A stretch of DNA of 64,000 bases from Acidimicrobiia bacterium (GTDB lineage: Bacteria > Actinomycetota > Acidimicrobiia > Spongiisociales > ZC4RG35): contig DATLEZ010000133.1 of NCBI GenBank assembly GCA_035525055.1, positions 35,943 to 99,942 on the forward strand, in the 5' to 3' direction. Shown here piece after piece: positions 26,421 through 36,064 of the stretch. Below the pieces are notes generated by a model. It saw only the letters and a program-made list of their open reading frames with translations, was not told the DNA's origin and searched no databases. How positions within the stretch are numbered: position 1 is the stretch's first letter; each line of letters starts with the position of its first letter. The position numbers and the translations under genes are program-made.

Positions 26421-28097
26421 TTGGCCGATACCTTTTCGATCATGCAGCCGTCGCCGTTTTCCCGTTGGCCGAACTCCGCCATCATCGTCACAGTCGTTCT
26501 CGGTCTCCTCGTCCTCATGGTGGGTGGATGGGCCGTGGTTGAGGCGAACCGGATTTCTGACCTCCGCGAGCAGATTGAGGCAGCCAGGTCTGATCTCGAC
26601 GAGGCCGAAGACCGGATCGCCGACCTCGAGGACGAGCTCGCCGAAGCCGACTCGGGTGGCTCCCTCTTCGGTGATCTCCTCGGAGGCAGTGAAGGCGGCG
26701 GTCTCGGTGACCTCCTGGGCGGGTTGCTTGGAGGTGACACCGAAGGACTGGGCGGCCTGGAAGATCTGCTCGGAGCCCTTCTCGGGGGCTCGAATCTTGG
26801 GGATCTTGGGGATCTCGGAGACCTCGGAGACCTGGGGGGTCTGCTCGGTGGCCTCGGCGCGTCTGGTGACCTCGGTTCATGTCTCACCGGGACGCCCGGC
26901 TCCTACGAGATCGGAGACGGGTCGCTCGAGGCGCAGGTGAGCGACATCGCTTCGGCGGTCGAGGATCTGCGCGGACTGACCTTTCCGTCCGACATCGACC
27001 CTGTCTTCGTCGATCAGGAAGAGATGGGCCGACGGGTACGAGATCTGGTCGAGGAGGGTTATCCAGCCGACATCGAAGACTTCGACACGCGCTTGCTTGT
27101 GGCCCTCGGGATGCTCCCGGCCGGTTACGACCTGATGTCCGCGCAGATGGACCTCCTCGATTCCGGGGTGGCGGGCTACTACGACCCCGACAGCGGCGAA
27201 CTAGTTGTGGCAACTCCCGATAGCGATCAGCCACTGGCGGCCATCGATCAAATCACGCTGGCTCACGAGATGATCCACGCCCTCACCGATGCCCGGCTCG
27301 GAATCCCCGACGCCCTCGAGGATCCGAGGGCTGATCCAGAGATCATTCGTGCCCAACAGGCCCTCATCGAGGGGGACGCCACACTCGGAATGCAGCAGTA
27401 CACCCTCGGCGCCCTTGGCTTCGAGGAGCAATTGGCCATGCTGATGGACCCGCGGGTGCTTGGCGCTCAGCAGGAGGCTGGCGAATTTCCTTACGTCCTC
27501 TCCAACGGCCTGCAACTGCCTTATGTGGAAGGAATGAACTTCACCTGTGCGCTCTACGCCGACGGCGGCTGGGAGGCGGTGGACGCGGCGTACGCCGACC
27601 CTCCCACCAACACCTCCCAGATCCTCTTCCCGGAGCGATATACCCAGGACCGGATCGAAGCCGTCAACCCCGACCCGATCGGATCACCGGGTGGCACCTG
27701 GGAGAGTCTGCGCGAGATCGGGTTTGGTGCGGTCGACTTGCTGATGTTGTTCTCCGCTCCCGGGGACGACATCGACTCGGCCCTCTCCGATCCCCGCGAA
27801 CGCGCCCGGGCTTGGGGTGGCGGACAAGCCGAGGTCCGGTCGCGCGGCAACGACACCGCTGTCGGAATCTCGTTGGCCGATACAGGTGAAGGCCTCGAGT
27901 CTCTCTGCGACTCGATGGTCAGCTGGGAGCTGGCAGCCTTTCCCGATCACGACCTAGTCGACCAGAACGGTCAAGAAGAATTCGCCCACTCCGGAGAAGG
28001 CCGGGCCGCGGTAGTGGTTTGTGACGGCCCGAGCGTTCGGGTAGGGATCGGACCCGACCTCGCGACCGCCCGCTCGGTAGCTGGGAGCCGCTCCTAG
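26421..28097 (+). CDS. Membrane-anchored putative zinc metalloprotease (HExxH) with coiled-coil and G/L/D-rich low-complexity region
   Basis: TM 'SAIIVTVVLGLLVLMVGGWAV', a coiled coil, about 70 aa of GDLLGG/LGD repeats (9-nt tandem units at 26794-26838), then 'LAHEMIHALTD...ALIEGDATL' (gluzincin-like). The start is TTG 26421 or ATG 26442. Confidence 0.6.
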   Translation: MADTFSIMQPSPFSRWPNSAIIVTVVLGLLVLMVGGWAVVEANRISDLREQIEAARSDLDEAEDRIADLEDELAEADSGGSLFGDLLGGSEGGGLGDLLGGLLGGDTEGLGGLEDLLGALLGGSNLGDLGDLGDLGDLGGLLGGLGASGDLGSCLTGTPGSYEIGDGSLEAQVSDIASAVEDLRGLTFPSDIDPVFVDQEEMGRRVRDLVEEGYPADIEDFDTRLLVALGMLPAGYDLMSAQMDLLDSGVAGYYDPDSGELVVATPDSDQPLAAIDQITLAHEMIHALTDARLGIPDALEDPRADPEIIRAQQALIEGDATLGMQQYTLGALGFEEQLAMLMDPRVLGAQQEAGEFPYVLSNGLQLPYVEGMNFTCALYADGGWEAVDAAYADPPTNTSQILFPERYTQDRIEAVNPDPIGSPGGTWESLREIGFGAVDLLMLFSAPGDDIDSALSDPRERARAWGGGQAEVRSRGNDTAVGISLADTGEGLESLCDSMVSWELAAFPDHDLVDQNGQEEFAHSGEGRAAVVVCDGPSVRVGIGPDLATARSVAGSRS

Positions 28098-28792
28098 GAG
28101 ATTGCCCGGGCTTCTTCGAGGGTGAACCGTCGCTCGTAGATGGCGCGTCCAACGATGGTCGCCTCGCATCCGGCATCTGCCAGGGTCTGCAGGTCTGTGA
28201 GATCGCCCACGCCGCCCGAGGCGATCAACGACATGTCAGGAGCCAGTGTTCTGACCTTCTCGATGAGGGTTACGTCGGGACCGGCCATGGTCCCGTCCCT
28301 GGAGATGGAAGTGACCAGCATGCGCTCGACCCTGTTGGCCCGTAGTCCCTCCAGAACAGATTCGAGGCCGAGTCCCTTCCCGGACCAACCGTCGCCCAGG
28401 GCCTCGCCGTCGGCGACGTCGATCGCAGCCACGACCTGAGCCGGGCTCCCGATATCTGCCAGGACCTGCGGACTCCAGACTGCGGCGGTACCCAGGACCA
28501 CCCTCGCCGCTCCGGCGCCGAGTGCGGCCCGGGCGGTGGGAACATCCCGGATGCCTCCCCCGACCTGAAACGGAACCCCGGCGACCGCAAACCGGGCCCA
28601 TAGAGACTGGTCGGGCCGGCCTGACCTGGCACCTGCCAGGTCGACCAGGTGGACCAGCTCCGCTCCGCTCTGGATCCAGGCACGCCCGATCGCCACGGGA
28701 TCGTCGCCGTAGACGGTGACCTCCGAAAAGGACCCCCGCAATAGACGCACGACCTTGCCCTCCAGCACGTCGACGGCGGGAATCACCAGCAC
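28094..28792 (-). CDS. hisA: ProFAR isomerase HisA (possibly PriA-type)
   Basis: 'MLVIPAVDVLEGKVVRL', 'QVGGGIR' and 'GGVG' motifs. GTG start. It is divergent from the rest of the his cluster. Confidence 0.9.
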   Translation of the reverse strand: MLVIPAVDVLEGKVVRLLRGSFSEVTVYGDDPVAIGRAWIQSGAELVHLVDLAGARSGRPDQSLWARFAVAGVPFQVGGGIRDVPTARAALGAGAARVVLGTAAVWSPQVLADIGSPAQVVAAIDVADGEALGDGWSGKGLGLESVLEGLRANRVERMLVTSISRDGTMAGPDVTLIEKVRTLAPDMSLIASGGVGDLTDLQTLADAGCEATIVGRAIYERRFTLEEARAIS

Positions 28793-28795
28793 GAC

Positions 28796-28837
28796 TTGAC
28801 CAGCCTTTCCGAACGGTTTAATGTTTTAGCACGCTAA
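28796..28837 (+). promoter_or_regulatory. AT-rich promoter candidate (-35 TTGACC, -10 TAATGT) followed by palindrome TTAGC-AC-GCTAA
   Basis: TTGACC is at 28796-28801, followed by a 17-nt spacer and TAATGT at 28819-28824. The palindrome at 28826-28837 covers the expected transcription start upstream of yerC-hisG. Confidence 0.4.
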
Positions 28838-28850
28838 CACACTGACACAG

Positions 28851-29156
28851 ATGACCACAACCAACGGATGGCGAACCAAGGACACCTCTGCCCTCTTCGA
28901 GGCCGTCCTGGCCGTCCGCACCGAAGACGAGGCCGCGGCCTTCTTCCGGGACCTTTGCACCCTGCGGGAGTTGAATGACCTCTCTCACCGCTGGGCCGTG
29001 GTCAGGCTTCTTGATCAAGGCCATCCGTACCGGCAGATCGCCGAGGAGACCGGCGCCTCCACGGCGACTATCACGAGGATCAATCAATGGCTCCAGCATG
29101 GGGCGGGGGGTTACCGCCTGGTTCTCGATCGGCTGCACAAGAAGAGACGGAAATGA
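28851..29156 (+). CDS. YerC/YecD-family TrpR-like DNA-binding protein
   Basis: 101 aa with '...FFRDLCTLRELNDLSHRWAVVRLLDQGHPYRQIAEETGASTATITRINQWLQHG', the TrpR-related family signature. Confidence 0.8.
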   Translation: MTTTNGWRTKDTSALFEAVLAVRTEDEAAAFFRDLCTLRELNDLSHRWAVVRLLDQGHPYRQIAEETGASTATITRINQWLQHGAGGYRLVLDRLHKKRRK

Positions 29157-29166
29157 TCGGGCCAAA

Positions 29167-30009
29167 GTGATTCGACTCGCACTACCGAACAAGGGCCGGC
29201 TGCAACAGCCCACTCTCGACCTCATGAGGACTGCCGGCCTTTCCTTCGAGGCCACCGACCGCGCCCTCTCAGTGATGGCCCGCAACGCCGATATCGAGCT
29301 TCTGTTCGTCCGCACCGAGGACGTCCCGGAACTGGTCAACGACGGAGTCGCCGACCTCGGCATTACCGGGCAGGACCTTCTGGCCGAATACGGCACCGAC
29401 CTTGAGGTGCTGGCCGAACTCGCCTATGGGCACTGTCGACTGGCGGCGGCCGTGCCGACCGGCTCGACAGTAACGAGAGTCGAGGAGCTCGACGGGCTCC
29501 GGGTTGCCACCGCCCATCCACGGGCCACAGCTCGCTTCTTCGACGAACGTGGGATCGAAGTGACAGTGGTGCCGTTGCGAGGCTCGGTCGAAGTCGCCAC
29601 CAAACTCGGTGTCGCCGACGGCATCGTCGACCTGGTGTCAACCGGATCAACCTTGATGGTCAACGGCCTCCGCGAGGTGGGGCTGGTGCTCGCATCGCAA
29701 GCTGTCCTAGTGGCGGGGCCGACTCCGGGCAATGGCGATGCCAGCCGGGTGGCGACGGCCCTTCGGGCGGTCGTGGCGGGCCGGGGCAAGCGGTATCTGC
29801 TTCTCAACTCGCCGGTGGGGGCTGTCGACGAGATCGCAACACTGATCCCAGGCCTGGAAGCGCCAACCATCGTCCCTCTGGCAGAGGAGGGGATGGTGGC
29901 GATCCACTCGGTGGTCGCTGCGGACGACATCTGGAACCTGCTCCCCCGGCTCGAAGAAGCTGGCGGGACTGGAATTCTGGTGCTTCCTATCGAGCAACTG
30001 GTGCCATGA
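29167..30009 (+). CDS. hisG: ATP phosphoribosyltransferase (long form)
   Basis: GTG start giving 'VIRLALPNKGRLQQPTLDLMRTAG', plus 'DLVSTGSTL' and a C-terminal regulatory domain. Confidence 0.9.
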   Translation: MIRLALPNKGRLQQPTLDLMRTAGLSFEATDRALSVMARNADIELLFVRTEDVPELVNDGVADLGITGQDLLAEYGTDLEVLAELAYGHCRLAAAVPTGSTVTRVEELDGLRVATAHPRATARFFDERGIEVTVVPLRGSVEVATKLGVADGIVDLVSTGSTLMVNGLREVGLVLASQAVLVAGPTPGNGDASRVATALRAVVAGRGKRYLLLNSPVGAVDEIATLIPGLEAPTIVPLAEEGMVAIHSVVAADDIWNLLPRLEEAGGTGILVLPIEQLVP

Positions 30010-31316
30010 GAACGGTCGTCCTTGAACAGCTGTCTCCGGAAGAACGGCGATCACTCTTGCGACGATCGGCGGTCCCCGACCAGGACGTGCGCTCCAAGGC
30101 AACCGACATCTGCCGCGATGTCATGGACCGGGGAGCGGAAGGGGTCGAGGACTATGCCCGCGCCTTCGGTGGTGGCTTCGGTCGCGTCACGGTCGCCGCG
30201 ATCGAAGAAGCAATCGATTCTCTTCCGCAGGAGTTGAGGACAGCTCTCGATCTGGCCATGTCAGCGATCGAAACGTTCCACCTGGCCCAGGGTCCCAATA
30301 CCACGAGCGTCACGACCACTCCCGGGGTCGAGATCACGCGACGATGGACGCCACTGCGAAGGGTCGGTGCGTACGTTCCGGGGGGCAGCGCCCCGCTTCC
30401 ATCCACCGCGCTAATGACGATCACTCCGGCCCGCCTCGCTGGAGTCGCCGAGATCGTCGCCGTCTCCCCTGCTACTGATAGCGGGCAGGCGAGCCCTCTG
30501 GTTGTTGCTGCCGCGGCTCTGGCCGGGGCAACTGAAATCTGGACGATTGGTGGCGCCCAGGCCATCGCTGCTCTCGCCTACGGCGCCGGCGAGTTGCAAC
30601 GGGTCCAAAAGATCGTCGGCCCCGGCAACTCCTGGGTCACCGCCGCGAAGCTGGCAGTCTTCGGAGACGTCGCCATCGACCTACCGGCCGGTCCCTCGGA
30701 GGTCCTGGTTCTGGCGGATGCCACAGCGAACCCCCGATTGGTGGCGGTGGACCTCCTCTGTCAAGCCGAGCATGGTCCTGACTCACCGGCGGTCCTGGTC
30801 ACCACCGATGCCGGAATCCCTGACCTCGTCCTGGCCGAGATTGAACGCCTGCTCCCCTCGCTCGAGCGCAGTTCCATTCTTCGCCGAACCCTCAACACCA
30901 ACGGCCTGGCCGTCATCACCTCCAGCCACGACAGCGCCGTGCTCTTCGCCCAGGAGTATGCGGCCGAACACGTCTCGATCGCCACCGCCTTTCCCGACGC
31001 CGACGCTGCCCGGATCACATCGGCCGGTTCGGTCTACATTGGCCCGTGGGCGGCGGAGTCGGCCGGTGACTACGCCACCGGGGCCAACCACGTTCTTCCG
31101 ACTGGCGGACTGGCAGGCGCCTGCAATCCCCTCCAGATCGAGGACTACGGCTCTTGGCGGCAGGAGCAACGACTGACCCGACGGGGCCTTGAGGCTCTCA
31201 CCCCGACCATCACGACCCTGGCCAGGGCAGAGGGCCTCACGGCCCATGCCCTGGCGGCAACAATTCGATTCGAGACAGAAGGTCGATTGGAAGAAAGTGA
31301 GGGACGGGGGCGATGA
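30006..31316 (+). CDS. hisD: Histidinol dehydrogenase
   Basis: 436 aa with 'YVPGGSAPLPSTALM', 'QAEHGPDS' and 'GDYATGANHVLPT' motifs. ATGA overlap with hisG. Confidence 0.95.
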   Translation: MRTVVLEQLSPEERRSLLRRSAVPDQDVRSKATDICRDVMDRGAEGVEDYARAFGGGFGRVTVAAIEEAIDSLPQELRTALDLAMSAIETFHLAQGPNTTSVTTTPGVEITRRWTPLRRVGAYVPGGSAPLPSTALMTITPARLAGVAEIVAVSPATDSGQASPLVVAAAALAGATEIWTIGGAQAIAALAYGAGELQRVQKIVGPGNSWVTAAKLAVFGDVAIDLPAGPSEVLVLADATANPRLVAVDLLCQAEHGPDSPAVLVTTDAGIPDLVLAEIERLLPSLERSSILRRTLNTNGLAVITSSHDSAVLFAQEYAAEHVSIATAFPDADAARITSAGSVYIGPWAAESAGDYATGANHVLPTGGLAGACNPLQIEDYGSWRQEQRLTRRGLEALTPTITTLARAEGLTAHALAATIRFETEGRLEESEGRGR

Positions 31317-31897
31317 GCCGGACGGCAACCGTTGAACGCGTGACGAGCGAGACTCGCATCAAGCTGACGATCGATCTCGACGGGACCGGTCGATCCAGCA
31401 TCGATACCGGGGTGGGGTTCCTCGATCACATGTTGACTTCCTTTGCCCACCATGGCCTCTTCGATCTCGAAGTGGCAGCCAAAGGAGATCTCGAAATAGA
31501 CGACCACCACACCGTCGAAGACACGGCCCTGGCGCTCGGGGAGGCAATCTCGAAAGCCCTGGGTGATAGATCCGGAATCACCCGTTTTGGAGATGCCGTT
31601 GTCCCAATGGACGAGGCGCGGGCAACCGTAGCGATAGACATTTCCGGCCGCCCGTATGCGGTGCTCGATCTTCAACTCCGCACCGATCGCCTGGGGACGC
31701 TGACGACGCAGAACATCCCTCACTTGCTTGAAGCCTTTACCCGCAACGCCGGACTCACCCTGCACATCTCATCCGTGGGATCCAACGATCACCATGTGGC
31801 CGAAGCCGCTTTCAAGGCCCTGGGACGAGCCCTGCGGATGGCTGTCTCGATCGACCCGCGGCGGAGCGGCGTGCCTTCGACCAAGGGGACACTTTGA
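31313..31897 (+). CDS. hisB: Imidazoleglycerol-phosphate dehydratase
   Basis: 'RVTSETRIKLTIDLDG', 'GFLDHML', 'DDHHTVEDTALALG' and 'NDHHVAEAAFKALGRAL'. Confidence 0.95.
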   Translation: MSRTATVERVTSETRIKLTIDLDGTGRSSIDTGVGFLDHMLTSFAHHGLFDLEVAAKGDLEIDDHHTVEDTALALGEAISKALGDRSGITRFGDAVVPMDEARATVAIDISGRPYAVLDLQLRTDRLGTLTTQNIPHLLEAFTRNAGLTLHISSVGSNDHHVAEAAFKALGRALRMAVSIDPRRSGVPSTKGTL

Positions 31898-32499
31898 CTT
31901 CACTCGTCGTCGTCGATCACGGGGCGGGGAACCTCGTTTCAATCTCCCAGGGTCTCGCCGCCAGCGGGGCCCGGGTCGAAATCTCGTCGGACCCGGCGGT
32001 GATCGCCACAGCCGATGGAGTCGTCCTTCCCGGGGTCGGAGCCACCGAGACGGTCATGGGCGGGATCATCGCCTCCGGCCTCGCCGAGACCTTGCAGAGT
32101 CTGCAGGTTCCGGTGCTCGGAATCTGCGTTGGGATGCAGGTTCTGTTCGATCGCTCGGAGGAAGATGGGGCCCGTTGCCTTGGGGTGATACCTGGAGTTG
32201 TGCGCCGCCTCGAGGGCACTCCGAGATTGCCCCACATCGGTTGGAACGACGTCGACGGCTCACACCCCCTTCTGGTCGGGACCGACCACATGTTCTACTT
32301 CGTGCATTCCTACGCTCCCGTCCCCGATGACGCCGACGTGATCATCGGGCTCACCGACTACGAGGACGTCTTCGTATCCGCCGTGGCGAGCGGCAACTAC
32401 TACGGCGTCCAGTTTCACCCCGAGCGAAGCGGCTCTGCCGGGCTCCGGTTGCTCGCCAATTTCGTCTCCCTGTGCGCCGAGGTTTCGATTGCTACGTAA
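31894..32499 (+). CDS. hisH: Imidazole glycerol phosphate synthase, glutaminase subunit
   Basis: '[10 protein letters not shown]', 'LPGVGA', '[11 protein letters not shown]' and '[10 protein letters not shown]'. Confidence 0.95.
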   Translation: MTSLVVVDHGAGNLVSISQGLAASGARVEISSDPAVIATADGVVLPGVGATETVMGGIIASGLAETLQSLQVPVLGICVGMQVLFDRSEEDGARCLGVIPGVVRRLEGTPRLPHIGWNDVDGSHPLLVGTDHMFYFVHSYAPVPDDADVIIGLTDYEDVFVSAVASGNYYGVQFHPERSGSAGLRLLANFVSLCAEVSIAT

Positions 32500-33277
32500 G
32501 CGCGTGATTCCCTGCCTCGACGTGATCGGCGGACGCGTTGTCAAAGGTGTCAATTTCATCGACTTGCGCGATGAAGGCGATCCGGTCGAACTGGCGTCCC
32601 GCTATGCCGCCGAGGGAGCCGACGAGATCACATTTCTCGACATCGGGGCGGCACCGGAGCACCGAGCCACGATGCTCGACGTCGTGCGACGGACAGCTTC
32701 CGAGGTCTTCATTCCGCTGACCGTCGGCGGCGGCATTCGGTCGCCCGATGACATGAAGGCCGCCCTTCGGGCAGGAGCAGACAAGGTCAGCGTCAACACA
32801 GCCGCCGTCCGAGATCCCTCGCTTCTCGAAGCCTGCAGTCGCCGCTTTGGCCGCCAGTGCGTGGTCCTGGCCATCGACGCCCGGCGCTTCACCGACGGTC
32901 CGTTCGACGCCACCAAATTCAACGGGTATTGGGAAGTCGTCGTAGTCGGCGGTCGCGAGAGGACTGGCATCGATGTCGTCGAATGGGCCAGGCGGGGAGT
33001 GGATCTCGGGGCTGGCGAGATCCTCCTGACGTCGATGGATCGGGACGGGACCCAGGATGGATACGACCTCGACCTCATCTCTTTGATCACCGAAGCCGTG
33101 GAAGTACCCGTCATTGCGTCAGGGGGTGCGGGCTCACCGGCCGATTTCGTCGCTGCCATCTCCGCCGGAGCCGAGGCGGTGCTGGCCGCGTCGCTATTCC
33201 ATCGTGAGCAAATGACGATCGCTGATGCCAAACGCGCGCTGGCGGCAGCAGGCTATCCCGTCCGGACAGCAGCATGA
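32489..33277 (+). CDS. hisF: Imidazole glycerol phosphate synthase, cyclase subunit
   Basis: TTG start giving '[12 protein letters not shown]', plus 'ADEITFLDI', 'TVGGGIR', '[15 protein letters not shown]' and 'VIASGGAG'. Confidence 0.95.
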   Translation: MLRKRVIPCLDVIGGRVVKGVNFIDLRDEGDPVELASRYAAEGADEITFLDIGAAPEHRATMLDVVRRTASEVFIPLTVGGGIRSPDDMKAALRAGADKVSVNTAAVRDPSLLEACSRRFGRQCVVLAIDARRFTDGPFDATKFNGYWEVVVVGGRERTGIDVVEWARRGVDLGAGEILLTSMDRDGTQDGYDLDLISLITEAVEVPVIASGGAGSPADFVAAISAGAEAVLAASLFHREQMTIADAKRALAAAGYPVRTAA

Positions 33278-33855
33278 CCGACGAGTTGACCGCGGGCATC
33301 GTCCAGGACGACCTCACCGGACAGGTGCTGATGCTCGGATTTCTCGACGAGGAAGCGCTCCAACTCACCCGCCAAACCGGGCTGGTCCACTTTCACTCCC
33401 GCAGCCGCGACCAACTCTGGAAGAAGGGAGAGACCAGCGGCAACACTCTGTCGGTGGTCTCGATATCGAAAGACTGCGATGGTGACGCTCTGTTGATCAA
33501 GGCGGTTCCGGCCGGTCCAACCTGTCACACCGGATCGGTCAGCTGCTTCGGAGACGCCGAGTCCTTCGGGACAATTCCAAGGCTGTGGGTGACCATCCTG
33601 TCCCGACGAGACGAGCGGCCGGATGGCTCGTACACCGTCTCGCTCCTGGAGGGCGGGGTCGAAGCCGCCGGCCGAAAAATGGTGGAAGAGGCCGTTGAGG
33701 TCCTCCTGGCAGCAACAGATCACGCCGGTGGAGGGCCGCCCGAACGAGTTGCCGAGGAGGCCGCCGATCTGGTCTATCACCTGATGGTGCTGTTGGCCGA
33801 ACGCGGGATCGAACTCGGGTCGGTCATGGAGGTGCTCGACCAACGAGCCCGCTAA
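33274..33855 (+). CDS. hisI: Bifunctional phosphoribosyl-AMP cyclohydrolase / phosphoribosyl-ATP pyrophosphatase
   Basis: HisI part '[23 protein letters not shown]...DCDGDALL...[12 protein letters not shown]'. HisE part '[10 protein letters not shown]...[12 protein letters not shown]...[18 protein letters not shown]'. Confidence 0.9.
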   Translation: MTDELTAGIVQDDLTGQVLMLGFLDEEALQLTRQTGLVHFHSRSRDQLWKKGETSGNTLSVVSISKDCDGDALLIKAVPAGPTCHTGSVSCFGDAESFGTIPRLWVTILSRRDERPDGSYTVSLLEGGVEAAGRKMVEEAVEVLLAATDHAGGGPPERVAEEAADLVYHLMVLLAERGIELGSVMEVLDQRAR

Positions 33856-33868
33856 ACATCCTGGCGGG

Positions 33869-34615
33869 CTAGGTCGCAACCCACGGGTACCCGACCTTGA
33901 CGTCCACTCCGGGAGACCAATGGACCACGGGAGGATGGGTAGGTGCGGGAAGGCCTGCCGCCCCGACGAGCCCATCCTCGAGCACCACGACCCGGGCCTG
34001 ATGAAGCGGCCATGGCGCGTGCTGGGCACGGGCCATCAGCAGCTTCCAACCCCACGTTCCGTAGAGAGTCCAGCGGGCGGTGAGGTAGTGGTCGAAATCT
34101 GTGAGTTCGTGTGGGAGGTAGGGATCACCGATCTCGATCTCGACCTTGGATCCGACTGTGCCCGGATGGGGCCACCGACGCTGGGAGGTATAGCGCATGG
34201 TCTGACCATCGCGAGCAACCTCCATCTGTGACCAGAAGTACGGAACCCGATAGGTGCTGCGGGCCGTCACCACCGCAGCCAATCGGGCCGCCTCCAGGGA
34301 GAAGAACCAGACACCGGGATCGCCCGATGGCCCGCGGACGTAGGTCCGCACATTGGTCTCGGGGAAATCGAACAACCAGGGAATCCGCCCGAGTCGGGGC
34401 AACCGGACTTCCATGTAGAAGGGCACCAGTCCCACCCACGCCCAACCGTCGTATGACTCCACAACGAGACCGGGCGGGAGCAATTGCTGGACCGCAGCCA
34501 CCGGGTATTTCCAATGGAGGAACGTCAGCCGATCCCACCGCTGCGGCATCGCCACCCGGTCAACGACGAACGGGCAGTACGGCGAGTGGTTGTCGAGATC
34601 GGCCCCGTCAGTCAT
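33869..34615 (-). CDS. DUF2071 (YqjF-like) family protein
   Basis: 'WDRLTFLHWKYP', 'WVGLVPFYM', 'FPETNVRTYV' and 'GVWFFSLEA' are typical of the family. Confidence 0.7.
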   Translation of the reverse strand: MTDGADLDNHSPYCPFVVDRVAMPQRWDRLTFLHWKYPVAAVQQLLPPGLVVESYDGWAWVGLVPFYMEVRLPRLGRIPWLFDFPETNVRTYVRGPSGDPGVWFFSLEAARLAAVVTARSTYRVPYFWSQMEVARDGQTMRYTSQRRWPHPGTVGSKVEIEIGDPYLPHELTDFDHYLTARWTLYGTWGWKLLMARAQHAPWPLHQARVVVLEDGLVGAAGLPAPTHPPVVHWSPGVDVKVGYPWVAT

Positions 34616-34879
34616 GGATTGCTCACGGTGGTCGAACCCTTATGTCGTGATTGGACCGTCGTTCCTTGCCATTCCTGGTCAGGTTGCGGTGCAGTACTGG
34701 ATTTCAGAATCAGCGAAGGAACCGGGATGGAGCCGGGCTCGGTGGCGGTCACTCTTCCGAACTCCCAAGGTCGACGGAGAGGGAATCCCGTGCGAACGGG
34801 AACCGGGACCCACCTGCACTCTTCGAGATTTCTTGTGAATCCACTCGGCAAGGGTATGGATTCTGTCCCACCCTACCGA

Positions 34880-34900
34880 TACAATCGAACACATGTTCGA
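34880..34900 (+). promoter_or_regulatory. -10 TACAAT immediately followed by perfect-arm LexA/SOS-type palindrome TCGAAC-ACAT-GTTCGA overlapping the start codon
   Basis: TACAAT is at 34880-34885 and the palindrome at 34885-34900. The ATG of the HNH gene (34893) lies in the palindrome spacer, which implies a leaderless mRNA. Confidence 0.7.
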
Positions 34901-36035
34901 GAGTTGGGACGGGAAGAACTGGGGAGAGAAGGTCGACGAGTTGGAGCGCCGGGTTCTCGCCAAGGAGGCGGAGATCTCCCGGCTTCGAGCCGAACAGGCC
35001 ACCGACCTGCAGATCCTCGACCAACTCCAGGTCGATCTCGGTGACGGCGACCGGTGCATGGACGAATGGGTTCAGGCCCACCTCGACGTGTCCCATCAGA
35101 CCGCCGCCCGACTGTTGCAAGTCGCCAGATCGAGCGATCGTGCCACCGTCGAGAAGATGAAGGCCGGGCTCTGGGGACTCGACCGGGCGTCTCTCTTGCT
35201 TCGCCTCGCGCAGGCCGGGGCCATCGCCGAGCAAGTAGCGGACGCAGCCGACAACTATTCGCTCGGCCGCATCTACGGGTTGATCCTGGAACTCAAAGAA
35301 ATCTCACCACTCCAGGAGCAGGCTTCCTTCGAAGATCGGTACCTGGTGATTCAACCCAACCTCGACTCCTCGATGTACAAGTTGTGGGGCCAGATCCACG
35401 GCGTCGACGGCCAGATCGTCGACGAGGTACTCCGCAAACGAGCCTCCACCTTTCCCAACATCCCCGACCAGTCCCAAGGCCAACTACTGGCCGACGCGCT
35501 CACCGATGTGTGCCTCGACAGCCTGACCGGTGGATCCGAGAGCGAGCAACCCGGCCGGCCCGTCGTAGTCGCCGAAGTCTTCGTAGACGCCACCGTGGCC
35601 GCCCCGACCCAAGGAGAAGCCGGCGCCACCACCAGCAGCGGCCTCCGTGTCGGACCCAACACCCTGGCCGAGATCCTCTGCAACGGCAGCGCTCGGGTCA
35701 TCTACAGCGACTGCAACGGCCCCTTCGCGGTTTCCCACCGAACCGAGACGATCTCCCCGGCAATCCGAGCGTTCGTACTGAAGAGAGACCAAGGACGATG
35801 CTCCATCGAGGGATGCGGAAGCCGTCATCGGCTGCAACCTCACCACATCAAGGAACAGCACGACGACATCGACCACGATCCGGACAACCTGATCACTCTC
35901 TGCTGGTACCACCACCACGTGGCGATACTTCAACTCGGCTTCACCATCGATCCCTATAGCCCACCCCACCGCCGACGACTCATCGGATGGCGACCCATCA
36001 ACGGCCCCCCTGTAAGACTCGCAAAATCCGCGTGA
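34893..36035 (+). CDS. DUF222 + HNH endonuclease (REP13E12-like family)
   Basis: 380 aa. The C-terminal 'RDQGRCSIEGCGSRHRLQPHHIKEQHDDIDHDPDNLITLCWYHHHVAI' is an HNH motif. The N-terminal region is helical and DUF222-like. Confidence 0.85.
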   Translation: MFESWDGKNWGEKVDELERRVLAKEAEISRLRAEQATDLQILDQLQVDLGDGDRCMDEWVQAHLDVSHQTAARLLQVARSSDRATVEKMKAGLWGLDRASLLLRLAQAGAIAEQVADAADNYSLGRIYGLILELKEISPLQEQASFEDRYLVIQPNLDSSMYKLWGQIHGVDGQIVDEVLRKRASTFPNIPDQSQGQLLADALTDVCLDSLTGGSESEQPGRPVVVAEVFVDATVAAPTQGEAGATTSSGLRVGPNTLAEILCNGSARVIYSDCNGPFAVSHRTETISPAIRAFVLKRDQGRCSIEGCGSRHRLQPHHIKEQHDDIDHDPDNLITLCWYHHHVAILQLGFTIDPYSPPHRRRLIGWRPINGPPVRLAKSA

Positions 36036-36040
36036 CCGCT

Positions 36041-36064
36041 TGTCCCCCCGCAGGCGAGGGGACA
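36041..36064. terminator. Hairpin TGTCCCC-N10-GGGGACA between convergent genes
   Basis: Stem 36041-36047 / 36058-36064, read directly. There is no T-tract. Confidence 0.45.
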
